In this document: positions 38,394-50,573 of the stretch, piece by piece | How positions within the stretch are numbered: position 1 is the stretch's first letter | Layout: every line of letters starts with the position of its first letter | Origin: Podarcis bocagei | Lineage: Eukaryota | NCBI GenBank assembly: GCA_964188305.1 | Contig: OZ076899.1 | DNA length: 64,000 nucleotides | Direction: 5' to 3' (one strand) | Position numbers and translations under genes: made by a program | Notes under the pieces: generated by a model | What the model was told of the DNA's origin: nothing | Seen by the model: the letters and a program-made list of their open reading frames with translations, nothing else | Databases searched by the model: none

Positions 38394-38479
38394 TCTATTT
38401 CTTACAAATGCAGAACAGGTGTTTTGTGGTACCTGTAACTGTGCCACAAAACACCTGTTCTGCATTTGTAAGAAATAGA
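38394..38479. repeat. Perfect inverted repeat (36-bp arms, 14-nt spacer)
   Basis: TCTATTTCTTACAAATGCAGAACAGGTGTTTTGTGG (38394-38429) is the exact reverse complement of 38444-38479. Confidence 0.95.
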
Positions 38480-39400
38480 CGGGGACTTTCTGCGTGCAAA
38501 GCAGTTCTTCTACTGCTGGGCTATGTTTACTGGTCCTGATCTGAAATCAAGCCCTAGGGACAGACATCTCCCAATACTGGAGACATGAACCACTTTTTAG
38601 GATGAGTCTTGTCCTTGTTGCAGATTTTCCCCTCCACCCTAAGTGTGAACCAAACAGCAACACCAGCATAAATTAAGCTCTGGTTTAATTAACTAACAGC
38701 TATTGTGAGCATCATTCGTTCAGCCCATGATGGAATTTCCCCCTTGGGGTGGTCCTGTGCTTAATAGGCACTATAGCTGGAAGGAAGAGTCAAGGCCCGT
38801 AATCTGGAGCGAGTGCATCAAATGGTGGCAAGACATCACTCACCAGAGCAATGGGCTGTGTCCTCTTAATGCCACTTGGCTTTGACTTTGATTGTAATGT
38901 ATTTGTTTGGGGTCTGTTTCTACCAAGAAAGGGAGATGGTTCACACCAGGAAATGGAGGAGACGGTAGCTCAAGCAGCTCCCCCCCCCCCTTTTCTAGGT
39001 CAAAATCTTTCTCGCTCCCTTTTGCATTCCTAGAATGCACTTTAAAGAGTGCTCTCTGAACCGCAATGAGTTGGTATTTTCTTTCGCTGTCATCGGTGGC
39101 ATTTATAAAACATGCCAGCTGCCTTGCTTATGTGAATGACATTGGTTGGCTCAGTGGATTATTGTTTGCCATGAATTGGAAAGGTCCCTATAGGCCAGTC
39201 TGAGGTTTCTCGGTTGCCGGGAATCCTACAAAGAGCCAGGTGCATTGAACTGGAATAAGGCTAAGACGGTGGTGGAAGTAAACAAGCAAGCAGAGAGCTG
39301 CAGAATACAAAGTTGGAGCTACAGTCTTGAAGGCATATGATACAGTAGAAGCTAAGCCAATCTTGGTCTGGTCAGGACCTCCTGGCGAAACCTGTGTGTG

Positions 39401-39906
39401 TGTCAGGGACCGTGCTGAGGAGGGCTGCACTGAGGAGGAATGGTGGGAGACCCCCCTCCCCCTGACCCTGAATCTTCCCAGGAGAAGGAAGGCAGAAAAA
39501 ATTTAGAACAGTCGTTTGCAGAGGGGCATAGTTCAGAAGGCAGTAGCTGGGAAATACTGGATGGGGAACAACTAGCAGAAGAAACACTGGAAGAGAGAAT
39601 GTTAACTGATTCACAGTCTCTGAACAGCATCCCCACCCACCCATCCCCAAGGGCACGGAGAGCTCAGAGAGTGTTAGAACAGAAAGCGCAGAGGGTGCAA
39701 ACTCAGATTACATGACATAGGAGTGATGTAGATTAATAGGGACGGAGGAGGAGTGAGCCTTAATTGGGAGCACTGCCATTCTAGGGAGACGCTTTCTTTT
39801 CTCTCTCACTGTGTTTATTAAAGAAACTAACTGGTAAGACTTCCCTTTCATTTGATCTGCTTATTTACTGCCATGGGTGAGGAAGCCAATTCCCCGAAGC
39901 CTGACA
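39401..39906 (+). mobile_element. Solo LTR, TGTCAGG...CCTGACA family, with open 91-codon ORF 39440-39715
   Basis: TGTCAGG/CCTGACA ends, 5-bp TSD GTGTG/GTTTG, ATTAAA near 39817. Confidence 0.85.
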
Positions 39907-41030
39907 GTTTGCCAACTTGAGGTCCATGATGTAACATAGATGTAATAAAGCAAATAATCTGGGCAAGGCTGTGTAAGTTTAGCAATCTTATCATAAGGAC
40001 TAGTAACTTGAGATTTGTTTATGAAAAAGCTAAGTCACTCAGGAAAGTGACTCCTGTGGCTCAGTTCCAAATTGCACCCCCCCCCAAGCGCATTGATAAA
40101 CCAGTGTGACAGTTGATTGCTTCTTCAAATGGTTTGGCATTCGTGACCTAAGATTTATGCCAGAGAGATATCTCTAACAATAAGTGGTGTGGTAATGATT
40201 TATCCCTCCTTTAGATTTTATCTTCTTCTCTATCCCACCGTAATTGTGATCTGGCATGTTCATAATGGAGTGTTTCATATCATACCATAAACCTTCATTT
40301 GATGCCAAAAATGCTTTGTCAGTACTGTCAGCACCATGAATACGATTTCTCCACCCATTTTCCAAAGACATCCTCCTGTATCCACAACACCCTACCTGGA
40401 AAAAGAGAGTGGGTGAGTCTGAGATTTGCAGCAGAATTCTAATCATGCTTATTTGGAAATAAATCCCATGCATATCAGTGGAACTTGGTACCAACTAATA
40501 TCCTTAGAAATGCCGCCAAAGGACTGATCAATGAAAGCTGTTAAAAGAAGTATTTTGGGTGACATAATTTTGTGCATGCAGACCAGAGACCAAATCAACA
40601 GCCTCCTGTACATGCTGGTATTGGATGGATCTTTCTATTTCTGGTCAGTTTCAGTTTCACATGGGTTCATCCATAAGCTTATCCTATCCCTTTTTATTTT
40701 TATTTTTTTGAGCTGAAAACTGTTATCACAAAATCCATAGACATGTAAAAGGAATGTAAGACGAACTCAACTGAGTCAGACCAAAGGCACCACATTCTCA
40801 CAATGGCCAACCAATTGTCTGTGGGAAGCCCATAAGCTGGCTTTATGCAAATATATGTAGGTTTAATCAATTAGCTGATTAATTGGCAAAGAATTCTGCA
40901 ATTGGGTGACAGTCCTTATCACAATACTGAAAATAACAAATGGTAGAAAAGGACAGCGTTTGCTTTTTGTTCAAGTCAATGGAAGCTAAGTCATGTCAGC
41001 CTTCAGAGCTGTCTGCCAGATGGTTTGGAC

Positions 41031-41166
41031 CAGGCATAGGCAAACTCAGCTCTCCAGATATTTTGGGACTACAATTTCCACCATCCCTGACCACTGGTCT
41101 TGTTAGCTAGGAATGATGGGACTTGTAGTTCCAAAACTTCTGGAGGGCTGAGTTTGCCTATGCCTG
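41031..41166. mobile_element. hAT (Charlie-like) palindromic MITE, 136 bp
   Basis: TIR CAGGCATAGGCAAACTCAGC, perfect 8-bp TSD GTTTGGAC. Confidence 0.9.
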
Positions 41167-44100
41167 GTTTGGACTGTAATGCCAATCAGCACGGCCATAC
41201 CAGCAGGGGCTGATGGGAGTTATAGTCCAAAACAACTGGAAGGCATTGGGTGGGTGAAATCAGAACAAAGTAGAGGGGAGCCCATTGTTTTCAGAACTTT
41301 CTTCTACTTTTCCACCTCCTTCCCTTGGCACTGCAGCCTGGCTAGTCTACACAGCCAGTCCTTTTTTGATGAAGTCCATGCCGACACAGGTTACTGATTT
41401 GAAATGGTGGGGTGGAGTGTGAGAGAGAGAGAGAACTGTATATGCTTAATGCACTATTAATAGTACATTGGCATGATATAGATTTCTGTCACTTTCTATA
41501 CTAATAGACATTGCTTATCACTTTGCAGGGAAAGGGGAGGGGGAAATGACGGATGTTTATTCTAAGCTACTTGGTTCGGTCTAATAGAATGGCTGATGAA
41601 ATGCAGAAAATCATAGTATCATCAAATCGGCTTCCTGCTACCTCTGAAGCTGGGATGCCTTGTTATGGGCTACAAGACCTGGCTGTTATTTCTTGTTAAT
41701 GAAAAAAAAGTCAAATAGTGTTTTAGGGCATCAGCAATGTGCCTTTGTCCTGTGGCTTGGTGATCTAGTTCAGAACTTTTTGCCAAAGGCTGAATCTCAT
41801 TACTGCGCTAGGATCCTGTGAAGGGGGTTGGGTGGGGGGCGGCAGCACATGCCCACTCAGAAAGGATCCAAACTGGGCTATAATATCTAAGTGGAGTTTC
41901 CAGGAGTTACAGTCTGAAAAACCCAAGGGATTCCTGACTTTTCAGTGGGCTACTCGAGAGCGATTCATGAGACTTTTTATTGCATGACAGTTGAACAACT
42001 TATATCGGGGATGGCAGCTTGTGTCAAACTATATCATCACCATCGTTTGAGCTATTTATATATTGCTTAATCATCATAATTTCTAAGTGGGGTACATAGT
42101 TTATTTTATTGTTTAATCATACAGTGGCTAAAATCAATTAAAATTGATCATAAATGCTGAGAACTTCCTCAAAATGCTTGCTGGAATATAAAAGTATTTG
42201 CCAAGTCCCTGAGCTGAACTTCAACAGGGAGTGAGCCTGCCTAATCTCAGCTAGGAGGCCGTTCCACAGAATCTGGCTCAAGCCAAAGGGGACCACTAAC
42301 AGAAGACTACCCCTCAGATCAGGCAGGGATATAAGGAATCAGGCAGCCCTTAAGATATCCTGGACCCAAGTTATTAAGGACCTTGCAAGTTAGTACAAGA
42401 ACTTTTAACCTGGCCAAGTAGCAGATGGGCAGCCAAGTGTAAGCTTTTAAGCACCAGTGTTATGTGCCAGCTATAAGTACCAAGAAACTGACTGTGCAGA
42501 ATCATTTATGCAATCTTCTAGGAACACAGGGAGCTGGTGTATAGCAAGCCAGAACTTTCATCCATCTAGCTTAGTATTATCTACACTAACCAACAGCAGT
42601 TCTCCGCTGTTTCAGCTGGGAGGTTTGGTGATTGAACTGTGGCCCCCTGGCATGTGACGTGTATGCTCCAGCATGCAGGCATGGTCCTGCTATTGTGTTA
42701 ATACCACTGCCCTTCTTCAAAGGGATCTCAGGGCAGCACATCTCCTTTCCTCCGATGTTGTAACCTCCCATAACTTCCTGTGAGGTAGGTTAGGTTGAGA
42801 GATGGTTTCTGACCTTTGGCTCTTCAGTGACCTTCATAACTTAGAGGTGATTTGAGTTGAACCCAGGTCTTTCTTATTCTAGTCCTAACCACTAGGCGAT
42901 GTTGCCACACCTGCAGGAGCATACTTCAATCAGATTTTCTCAAGCCTTCTGCATCCCATCTGTCCCAGCCAGCTTGGAGAGTGGTCATAAACAATGAGTG
43001 CTGAAGTCCAAAACGCTGGGAATGACACCAGGTTGGGGAAGACTAATCTGAATATTCATGCCTGTTCTCCATCTTAAGAGCCTTATCTGAATTTCCTTAT
43101 TTTCTTTAGTGATCCTTCTTAAGATTATGCAAGGAGACTCAGAAAAAGAAGAAAATGAGTAAAGAGGAGAAAGAAGCCACTCATTTTCTAGACAAGGTGA
43201 TTAGCAAGTTCACTAGCGCTCCACTGAGGCACTATTTAGGGGAACTCAAGTCTCTGCTTAAGATTGTAAGAGACTCCCGTTCTCTTACAATCAGTTTATA
43301 GGTAATTGAAAAGCCCCCCCCCTCTTTTCAGTGATGTGATGTTGTCTGATTATAGTAGAAACACCTGGCAAGCTTGCTGTTTTATTAATCCCATATGGCA
43401 AAACATGCATGGAATTCTGAGGTTTAGAGAGCTTTGCAAAGAAAATATTGTTCGTTACAGGCATTTTCATTTATTCATGGCACATGAAGTTCGATGCCAT
43501 CCTGTTCTGAGCAAGTGGCAAGCTCCATTGCAGACAAGAGGTTAGGGTGCACCACCCACCTCACATGCCATGACTGATTTGGGGAGGGGGGGTTCCTACA
43601 AATACTCTGTTAGGGATGTACACCTGCAACAAGATTCAACTTGCAATAGAGTACCTTAGAGAAGCAGTCCGATCTGTTTCAGAGTCACCATGTCTTTCCA
43701 ATTTGACTTGTTATTTGGGAATGAATTAGATCTTTTTTAAAAAAGGAAAAAGGAAAAGAAGAGCTCCGTTTTCTCCCATTCACTATAATGGAGGAATATA
43801 AAAATAGCTAAAACTTGTTTTACCTTTTCACAGAAGCTGATGGAATTTGCAGGCATAGCAACCTCTCCAGTGTGGGTTAAGCCTGCCAAACTGTAGGCAG
43901 ATACAGCCAGGGATTTTCACGCAGGGTGCCTTGATAGTTTGTTTTTGCTTAAAAAAAAAAACTCCAAAAAGTCTGTAACTTTTTCATTTCCTGCCAGAAT
44001 TCAGTACACTTTTCAGGCACAGTAATCCCTCATGAGAGAATGAAGCCTGCCAAATTTCAGAACAATGGCTGCAGCATTTCTTCTGCAAAGGCAGACTTTA

Positions 44101-45241
44101 TTGTTTTGGGGTGAATACAACAGGAATCAGGATGGGGGCAGAGGGGGGGGCGTTGGGATGGAAAAATGAGCACTGGGAAGGTAATGCATTGTATAGAAAA
44201 CACTATGGGAAATACTAGAATGGGAAAATGTTAGTCCCAGCAAATACCCTGTTATCCGAAGGGTCAGTTGTGGTGGGGATGACCTTCTGAACAACAGACA
44301 CCCTATGGATTTTGAAAGAGATGGCCTCTTTGCTGTGGGAGAGAAAGCTCTCTCCATTGACCTGCATATAGGAAGGCATAGATCCACATGAAAAACAAAG
44401 ATTTTATCCTCAGTCTAAATCCCTGAGATTGAAGTACCCCAAAAAAAGAATTCACTGTTATTCTTAATTCATTCATGCCCGAGATACCAGAAGCCAAAAC
44501 TTGTCCTCTCTTTGCTCCTAGACTTGACCAACAAAATGAAAGACGTCACTTCACTTTCTGCCTTATTGAGATCTGGGCATTTCCCGTCAGCTTGGTTGTT
44601 GTTGTTGTTTTGGGGGAAGGGTGGTTGCAATTTTTTGGGACACCTGAGGCTTCAAAGCAACTCTAAAGTTAGGGAGTCCCTAAATAGACCTGAGTGCAAC
44701 ACCACTCTCTTTGCTTATGTTGCCCAGCAACTGGTTTTCAGAGGTAACCTGCCTCTGACAGTGGAGAGAGAACATAGTCATCATGGCAGCCTTATCCGCC
44801 ATGAGAGTTTATCATTCAGAATCTGCCACTGCATCCCTAGGGAAGCAGTGGGTCGTGGACTCTTATTACAAGCGCTGGTGGCCCACTGTACATGCCTTGA
44901 GGCCAGGTCTTTTGTGGCGACATCCTCCACTTCAGCAAGAGAGCCAGGCTCTCCATGTGGGCGTAGCAGACGTCCTTCCAACAAGCATTTTAACGACCTC
45001 ATTTATTACATACTGCCCTGGCATAATTGCATATTGCAAGTTAGTAATTACACATATTCACACTAATCGAGTAATTAAATATAATTATATAAGAACTGTA
45101 AATACATGGCAATCCACACACACACTTTCCAGGGAGGAAACCCTTCTGCATAATATAGGATTTTATTTCATATAGATAAATTGATAGTTTATCCACATGG
45201 CATGTCAACTTTCTGTTAAAATACTGGCTGGATTGGGATAT

Positions 45242-45405
45242 TAGGAAGCTGCTGTATACTGAGTCAGACCATTGGTCTATCTATTTCAATTTTGTCTACT
45301 CTGACTGGCAGAAGCTCTTCAGGGTTCTCTCCCAGACCTGCCAGAAAATGCGAGGTATTGAAACTAGGACGTTCTGCATGCATAGCAAATGCTCTACCAC
45401 TGAGC
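45242..45405 (-). mobile_element. tRNA-derived SINE with CR1-like tail
   Basis: Same family as 2301-2480. Reverse strand begins AGCTCAGTGGTAGAGCATTTGC. Other copies near 42530-42680, 48540-48705, 50638-51057 and 58790-58965. Confidence 0.7.
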
Positions 45406-47168
45406 TTGTCATTGAGAGGGTTTTGCCCAAGTGCTGAGGTCCAAAGAAATATAAGTGCCTTGGACATGAAGCAGGCAGATAGCCTGTAGGCTGAGGTTCG
45501 GCAGACTGAAGACCAGTAGTTTGGTGGTACAGAAGACAGACTAGGTTGCCTCCTTGTCAGACCTTCAGGAAGCTTGCAGACAGACCATATTGGGGGTCTG
45601 ATTCTGGGGCATAAGCAGGCTGAGGTCCAGAGTCAAATGACATTGCCAAGGAGAGCCTGTTAGGGTCAAGTTTCAGATCAGGCAAAGAAGAACCAAGGAA
45701 TGGAGCCAGGAGATATGGCAGACAAATTCTGGATCAGTAGGACTAGAAAAGAAGGAAATCTTATTTTTCAACACAATGCTCACAATTATGTAAACCTAGC
45801 CATGCCTCCTCAGCTTATCTGCTGCAGCTGAATTGATGAACCTTGTAAGAGTGGCATTGCAGCATGGGGTGGATAAGGTGATTAAGTCCTTCAGCTTGCA
45901 AGCTGCGTTCATGGTTCAGGGAGTAAGATGCCTGACTCCTGCTGCCTGGATTCATAATTTGAGTCACCTGATGCCTCACACTCCTTCAGCAACAGGTCAT
46001 CCTAAGTGAAGGAAGGCAACTCATGGCAGAGTTTTCAAGACAGTGGCATCAGATTGGTTTCATATGAAGTCACCTGCTGGAAAGATTTTAGGATGTGGTA
46101 TTGATGCACCGTCAGTAAATGCCTGTAATTCATTCGTCTAGCAAGTAGCTCCAATGACATAAAAAAAACAGTGGCTCATCATACTTGGCATCCCAATGAC
46201 ATATGGCATTTATTTATTTTGGAGGTACTGCATGGGGTTCAGGGCTGTTGCTAACTCCTAGTCTCTAGCTGCATTGATGTGATGACCCTAGTTGGGATAT
46301 CTGATTCCAGATTTCCTCCTATGTTCATTAAAAAAAAAATCATCATGTACAAGTTATAAACCCTAATAAAAATGATGAACAAAATACTACAAAAAGACCA
46401 GACATGTCATAGGGGGACACATATCCATTCTCTTTATTTGTCAACAAAATTGGAAGATATGATGAGACAACTGTTCTTAGAAACATTAAGATGTCCATAT
46501 TTTCTCCATTGGTAGCACTGAAGAGTCTTGCAGGTTAGTTGTATTGGTATAAATGATCAACTCTGATCATACAATATAAAAATGTTATGGATTTTCTAAG
46601 CCTCTGGAAATCTACATATTTTTTTGTGTGTGTGTGATACCACAGATATATTCGCAGGCTTTGCAAAGCTTCCATTTTTGTTCCAGAGATACCCTAGCTG
46701 CTGCTAACATCCATATAACCAGTTCTTTAGTATTCACGTACTTAGAAGTCTCTCTTCTGATATGCCAGGTGTACTACAGTCCCTGTTTGCCAACACACAG
46801 GTGTGTTACTTACTGCCTACAGCCAGGAGGTTGGGATCTGAGGTTCTGCCTCGTTGGCTCCTGTTTTCCTTTCACAAGTATTCATTGCAAGCATTTATAT
46901 CAACAATACAGATCAAAGGAAGCTAAGTGTAGCCCGCAAATGACTAAAGCTGACAGCACAGCGGTGCCTGGTGATGTTGCAGCAGGGATCAACCACACTC
47001 CTGGGTGCGGAGAGCCCATTTCCATTAGAAAACAAACCACTCAATTAGTTGAAACTCCCTGATGGGGAAACTGGCATTCATCTGTTAAGTGAAGAAATAA
47101 TGCTAATTGGAGCATTGGGTGCTGATGAGCTTGCCTTCTCTGCTAGAGTCTGCTCCCAGTGGCTAGTT

Positions 47169-47304
47169 CAGTGTTTCCCAAACTTGGGTCTCCAGCTGTT
47201 TTTGGACTACAGTTCCCATAATCCCTGACCACTGGTCCTGCTAGCTAGGGTTGATGGGAGTTGTAGTCCAAAAAGAGCTGGAGACCCAAGTTTAGGAAAC
47301 ACTG
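47169..47304. mobile_element. hAT (Charlie-like) palindromic MITE, 136 bp
   Basis: TIR CAGTGTTTCCCAAACTTGGGTCTCCAGCT, 8-bp TSD GGCTAGTT/GGCTATTT, same core as 41031-41166. Confidence 0.9.
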
Positions 47305-48056
47305 GGCTATTTCAATTGGGGGTTAGAGAGGCAGACTTCAACCCTCACATGCAGACAAACAAATCTGGCTCTCCCAATTCTCTGCTGGTCCAGTGAGGCA
47401 TTGACACCAAGATGTGCTTATCAATCAAGTCTAGTGTCTGCATCGGACACTGTTGGGACATCTGCTAAGGCTCCAGATCTCCAGCAGCAGAATTCACCAC
47501 TAAAATATTCTCTAGCTGCCCTTCAAAACTAATTCTCCAATTGATGTTGAGAGGTTAGTGGAATACCAGTTGATGGAAACTGCAGAAGGGGAGAGTGCTC
47601 TTGGGCCCAGGTCCTGTTTGTGGCCTTCCCACATGCATATGGTGGACCACTGTGGGAACTGGATGCTTGACTAGAAGGGTCATTGACATGATCCAGCAGG
47701 CACTTCTCATATTCTTAGGTTTCCAGTTTAATTTCCAACAATACCCTAGCATAGCATCACTCCATCACCAGACTTGGTGCAAAATTAAAACGGCAGCTGT
47801 CTCACAGTGATCACCTGCTGTTGTCACCCAACATCAAGTAAGCCTGCGTTGACATAGGAGCAGAGACAGCAGAGGGCACTCTGCAGAGTGCCCCTCTAAC
47901 CCTGGAGCTGTTGCCAGTCAAGAGGACCTCATCTAACGACCATTTCCGTATCATAGTTGGTCTTCCATCAAGTATGTAAACATGAGGAGAACCATCTATG
48001 CCACCTTGAGACCCTTGGAATATAAAGTTGGTATGTAAAGGCAAATAAAATTATAT

Positions 48057-48059
<3 letters not shown>

Positions 48060-48098
<39 letters not shown>
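48060..48098. repeat. (CA)n microsatellite
   Basis: Direct observation. Confidence 0.95.
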
Positions 48099-48101
<3 letters not shown>

Positions 48102-49222
48102 GAATAAAATGAGATTAGTGGTAGCAAGCAAAATACAGGTTGACCTGCTATTACCAATCTTGCCACCCAAAGGGTGATCTCGGGAACACTCTTAGTGCAC
48201 CCGGTAAGAAAATGACTTGAATACAGAAAGTTGCCCAGTTATCCAAAGAGTGTGTGTGTGTGAGAAAGATGTGTGTGTGTGCGCGCACTTTCACAGGCAT
48301 CTGGTTGACCATTGTGAGAACAGGATCTTGGACTAGATTGGCCACTGACCTGATCCAGCCGACTCTTATTATGTTCTTATAAAATGGAAGGGGGGGGAGC
48401 AAAAAGTGGGATAATTAGAACAGACTCAATCATGTCTGCCTTCAAAAGGTAGGGTGGTTATAGGTCTGCCTGAAAATAAGTAGGATGGGATCCCACCCGA
48501 CACTGAGCACTTAAACTTCATTTTATCAAATCACATTATTGATCCATATAGCTCTGTCCATTCCATGGTGCTACCTAGCAACTAGACGTGGCTCTCCAGG
48601 GTTTCAGACAGAGAATTTTCTCGGCCCTATCTAGAGATGCAAGAGATTGAATCTGAGATCTTTTGCCTGCAAAGGATGTTCTCTGCTACTCAGCTATGTC
48701 CCCTCCCTAGAACTGTGAGTCATATGTGTGTCCTGCAACAGTAGCCTTTGATCTTTCCAAACCAATGACCCACTGCAACATGAGACCCACTTTTAATTGT
48801 CTGTGCCCTTCTCCTCTCTCAAGGAATATCTGCCTTCTCACTGGGTACCCTTTGGAGCTGTAGTTCAGTGAGAGGGGGAAGGAAGCTTTTTAACAAATGA
48901 TTTTTAGCACCTGCATCAAACTACAATTCCCAGGATATGGGGGGGGGAGGAAACAATGACCTTTAAATCAGTATAGATCAGTTATAAATTGCTAATGTAA
49001 ACCTCCTGTCACTGTCTTTCTCTTTCATTTCATTTCATTCCATTTATTAGACTTATTAGTCACTTGTCACACGAAGGTCTCCAAGCGACTTACAGTTGTT
49101 GTTGTTGTAGTAGTAGTAGTAGTAATACCATAAGGGGGAAAGTGAGGAGTCATATAATGTATTAATATTTCATATAACATAACATCCATTAAAAAAATAC
49201 TCAAATAATAAGCAAACCAGTA

Positions 49223-49464
49223 CAGAGGAACCTTGGTTTGCGAGCGTCTTGGAAGCCGAACCATTTGGAACCTGAATGCCAAAAACCCGGAAGTAACTGC
49301 TTCCGTTTTTGAATGTGTCTTGGAAGTTGAACAGCTTCCGAGGCACGTTTTTCATTTTTTCCCCATTGACTTTGCAGCCAGCCCACTGATCCTCGGTTTT
49401 CAAACGTTTTGGAAGTTGAACGCTCTTCCAGAACGGATTACGTTCGAAAACTGAGATTCTACTG
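49223..49464. mobile_element. Tc1/mariner MITE related to family B
   Basis: Imperfect TIR CAGAGGAACCTTGGTTT / AAACTGAGATTCTACTG, TA on both sides. Confidence 0.75.
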
Positions 49465-50171
49465 TACTCTGATCCACTGATTAATAAATAAACCAAAGTA
49501 AACGAAACCTCTACCTCCCCTTACTCCAACCAACAATTTCCCCCCTTCAACCTCCCCAACCCTCCCCAAAGTCAGTGTTGGGTGGGGCCAGCATCTCTCC
49601 TCTCCCTTCAGAGGGGATTAGTAGCACAGCAAGGCAGAAAGATGGTAACAAACACTTTTACCAGCTTTGCAGTTGACCCGGCTCCTGCTGTTCTCCTGCT
49701 GCTGGTGGGGGCGCAGAACGAATGATTGCCTGCCTGGGAATTTATCTTCCCACCTGATGTCAAGGCCAGCTGTTGCAAATCTTTCCCTGCCATCCCCCCC
49801 CCCACTTTCCTCTTCAAAGACACTGATGCGACCTTAGGTTAGGTCCCAGCATGCTACTTGAAGACAAGTGTTCTACAACTTATACCAAACATCCTTTGTG
49901 ATGCTCAGGGATTACATGGTGTGGTGCAGTCAGCTGATGCTACTGTCTGGACAGCGGTCTTACATGAGAAGTGTAGGGAGTGGATGGGTCCTCTTTGGAT
50001 GGTAATTGTTTGTTTCTTCATTCACGTCAAAATGTGATCAGTCAACCCTGATTCAGACCCTTCTGCTCATTGTGCTGAGTGAGGCCTGGACTGTTGTCCT
50101 GAAGACCAGGCGGCAACAGGTGCTCTAGGGATCCTGAACAGATAAGTTGAGGTGAAAGCATCCTCTCCAGA

Positions 50172-50573
50172 TAGGGATGGAAGAGCCTGTCTATTTCAAT
50201 TCTCCACGTTCCTTCAGCAATTTGAATTTTTAAAAAGACCCATGAAAATTCTTCAGTGTTAATTTAATGCAAATTTCTTCTAATAGACCCATTCTTATCT
50301 CAAGTTTTGACTAACGTACGTATTTTTGCAAGTAAGAGCTCCTAATAACATGCATTTTTCTATGTAAGTTTCATTTTAAAAAAATCATTTGCATGCATAT
50401 TTTCTCCTAATAGATGCATTTTTGTAAATATTGGTTGGTTGGAGAACTGCACCGCAAAATTCAAATAAGTGCAAATTTCAAAGGGTGTCTGTGTATCAGT
50501 TCTCATACTGTTTCAGAAAATGCAGGTTTTATCAATTCAGCTTTAAATGAATGGATTTTCTCCCTCATCCCTA
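50172..50573. mobile_element. hAT-type MITE (TAGGGATG TIR family)
   Basis: TAGGGATG...CATCCCTA ends, body homologous (inverted) to 30656-31078. Confidence 0.75.

Noticed and set aside
44512-45066. 184-aa ORF (similar ones at 23093-23575, 20067-20516, 28667-29101, 46628-47062)
   Set aside because: No domain similarity, coding-like composition or clear exon structure; lengths are compatible with chance.
45480-46900. Possible decayed LTR-retrotransposon remnant
   Set aside because: Only vague motif resemblance; no termini, TSD or convincing pol translation could be established by eye.
48551-48575. Split RE1/NRSE-like half sites (AGCACC-N7-GGACAG on the minus strand)
   Set aside because: Non-canonical spacing, imperfect left half, and located in a decayed SINE; probably chance.
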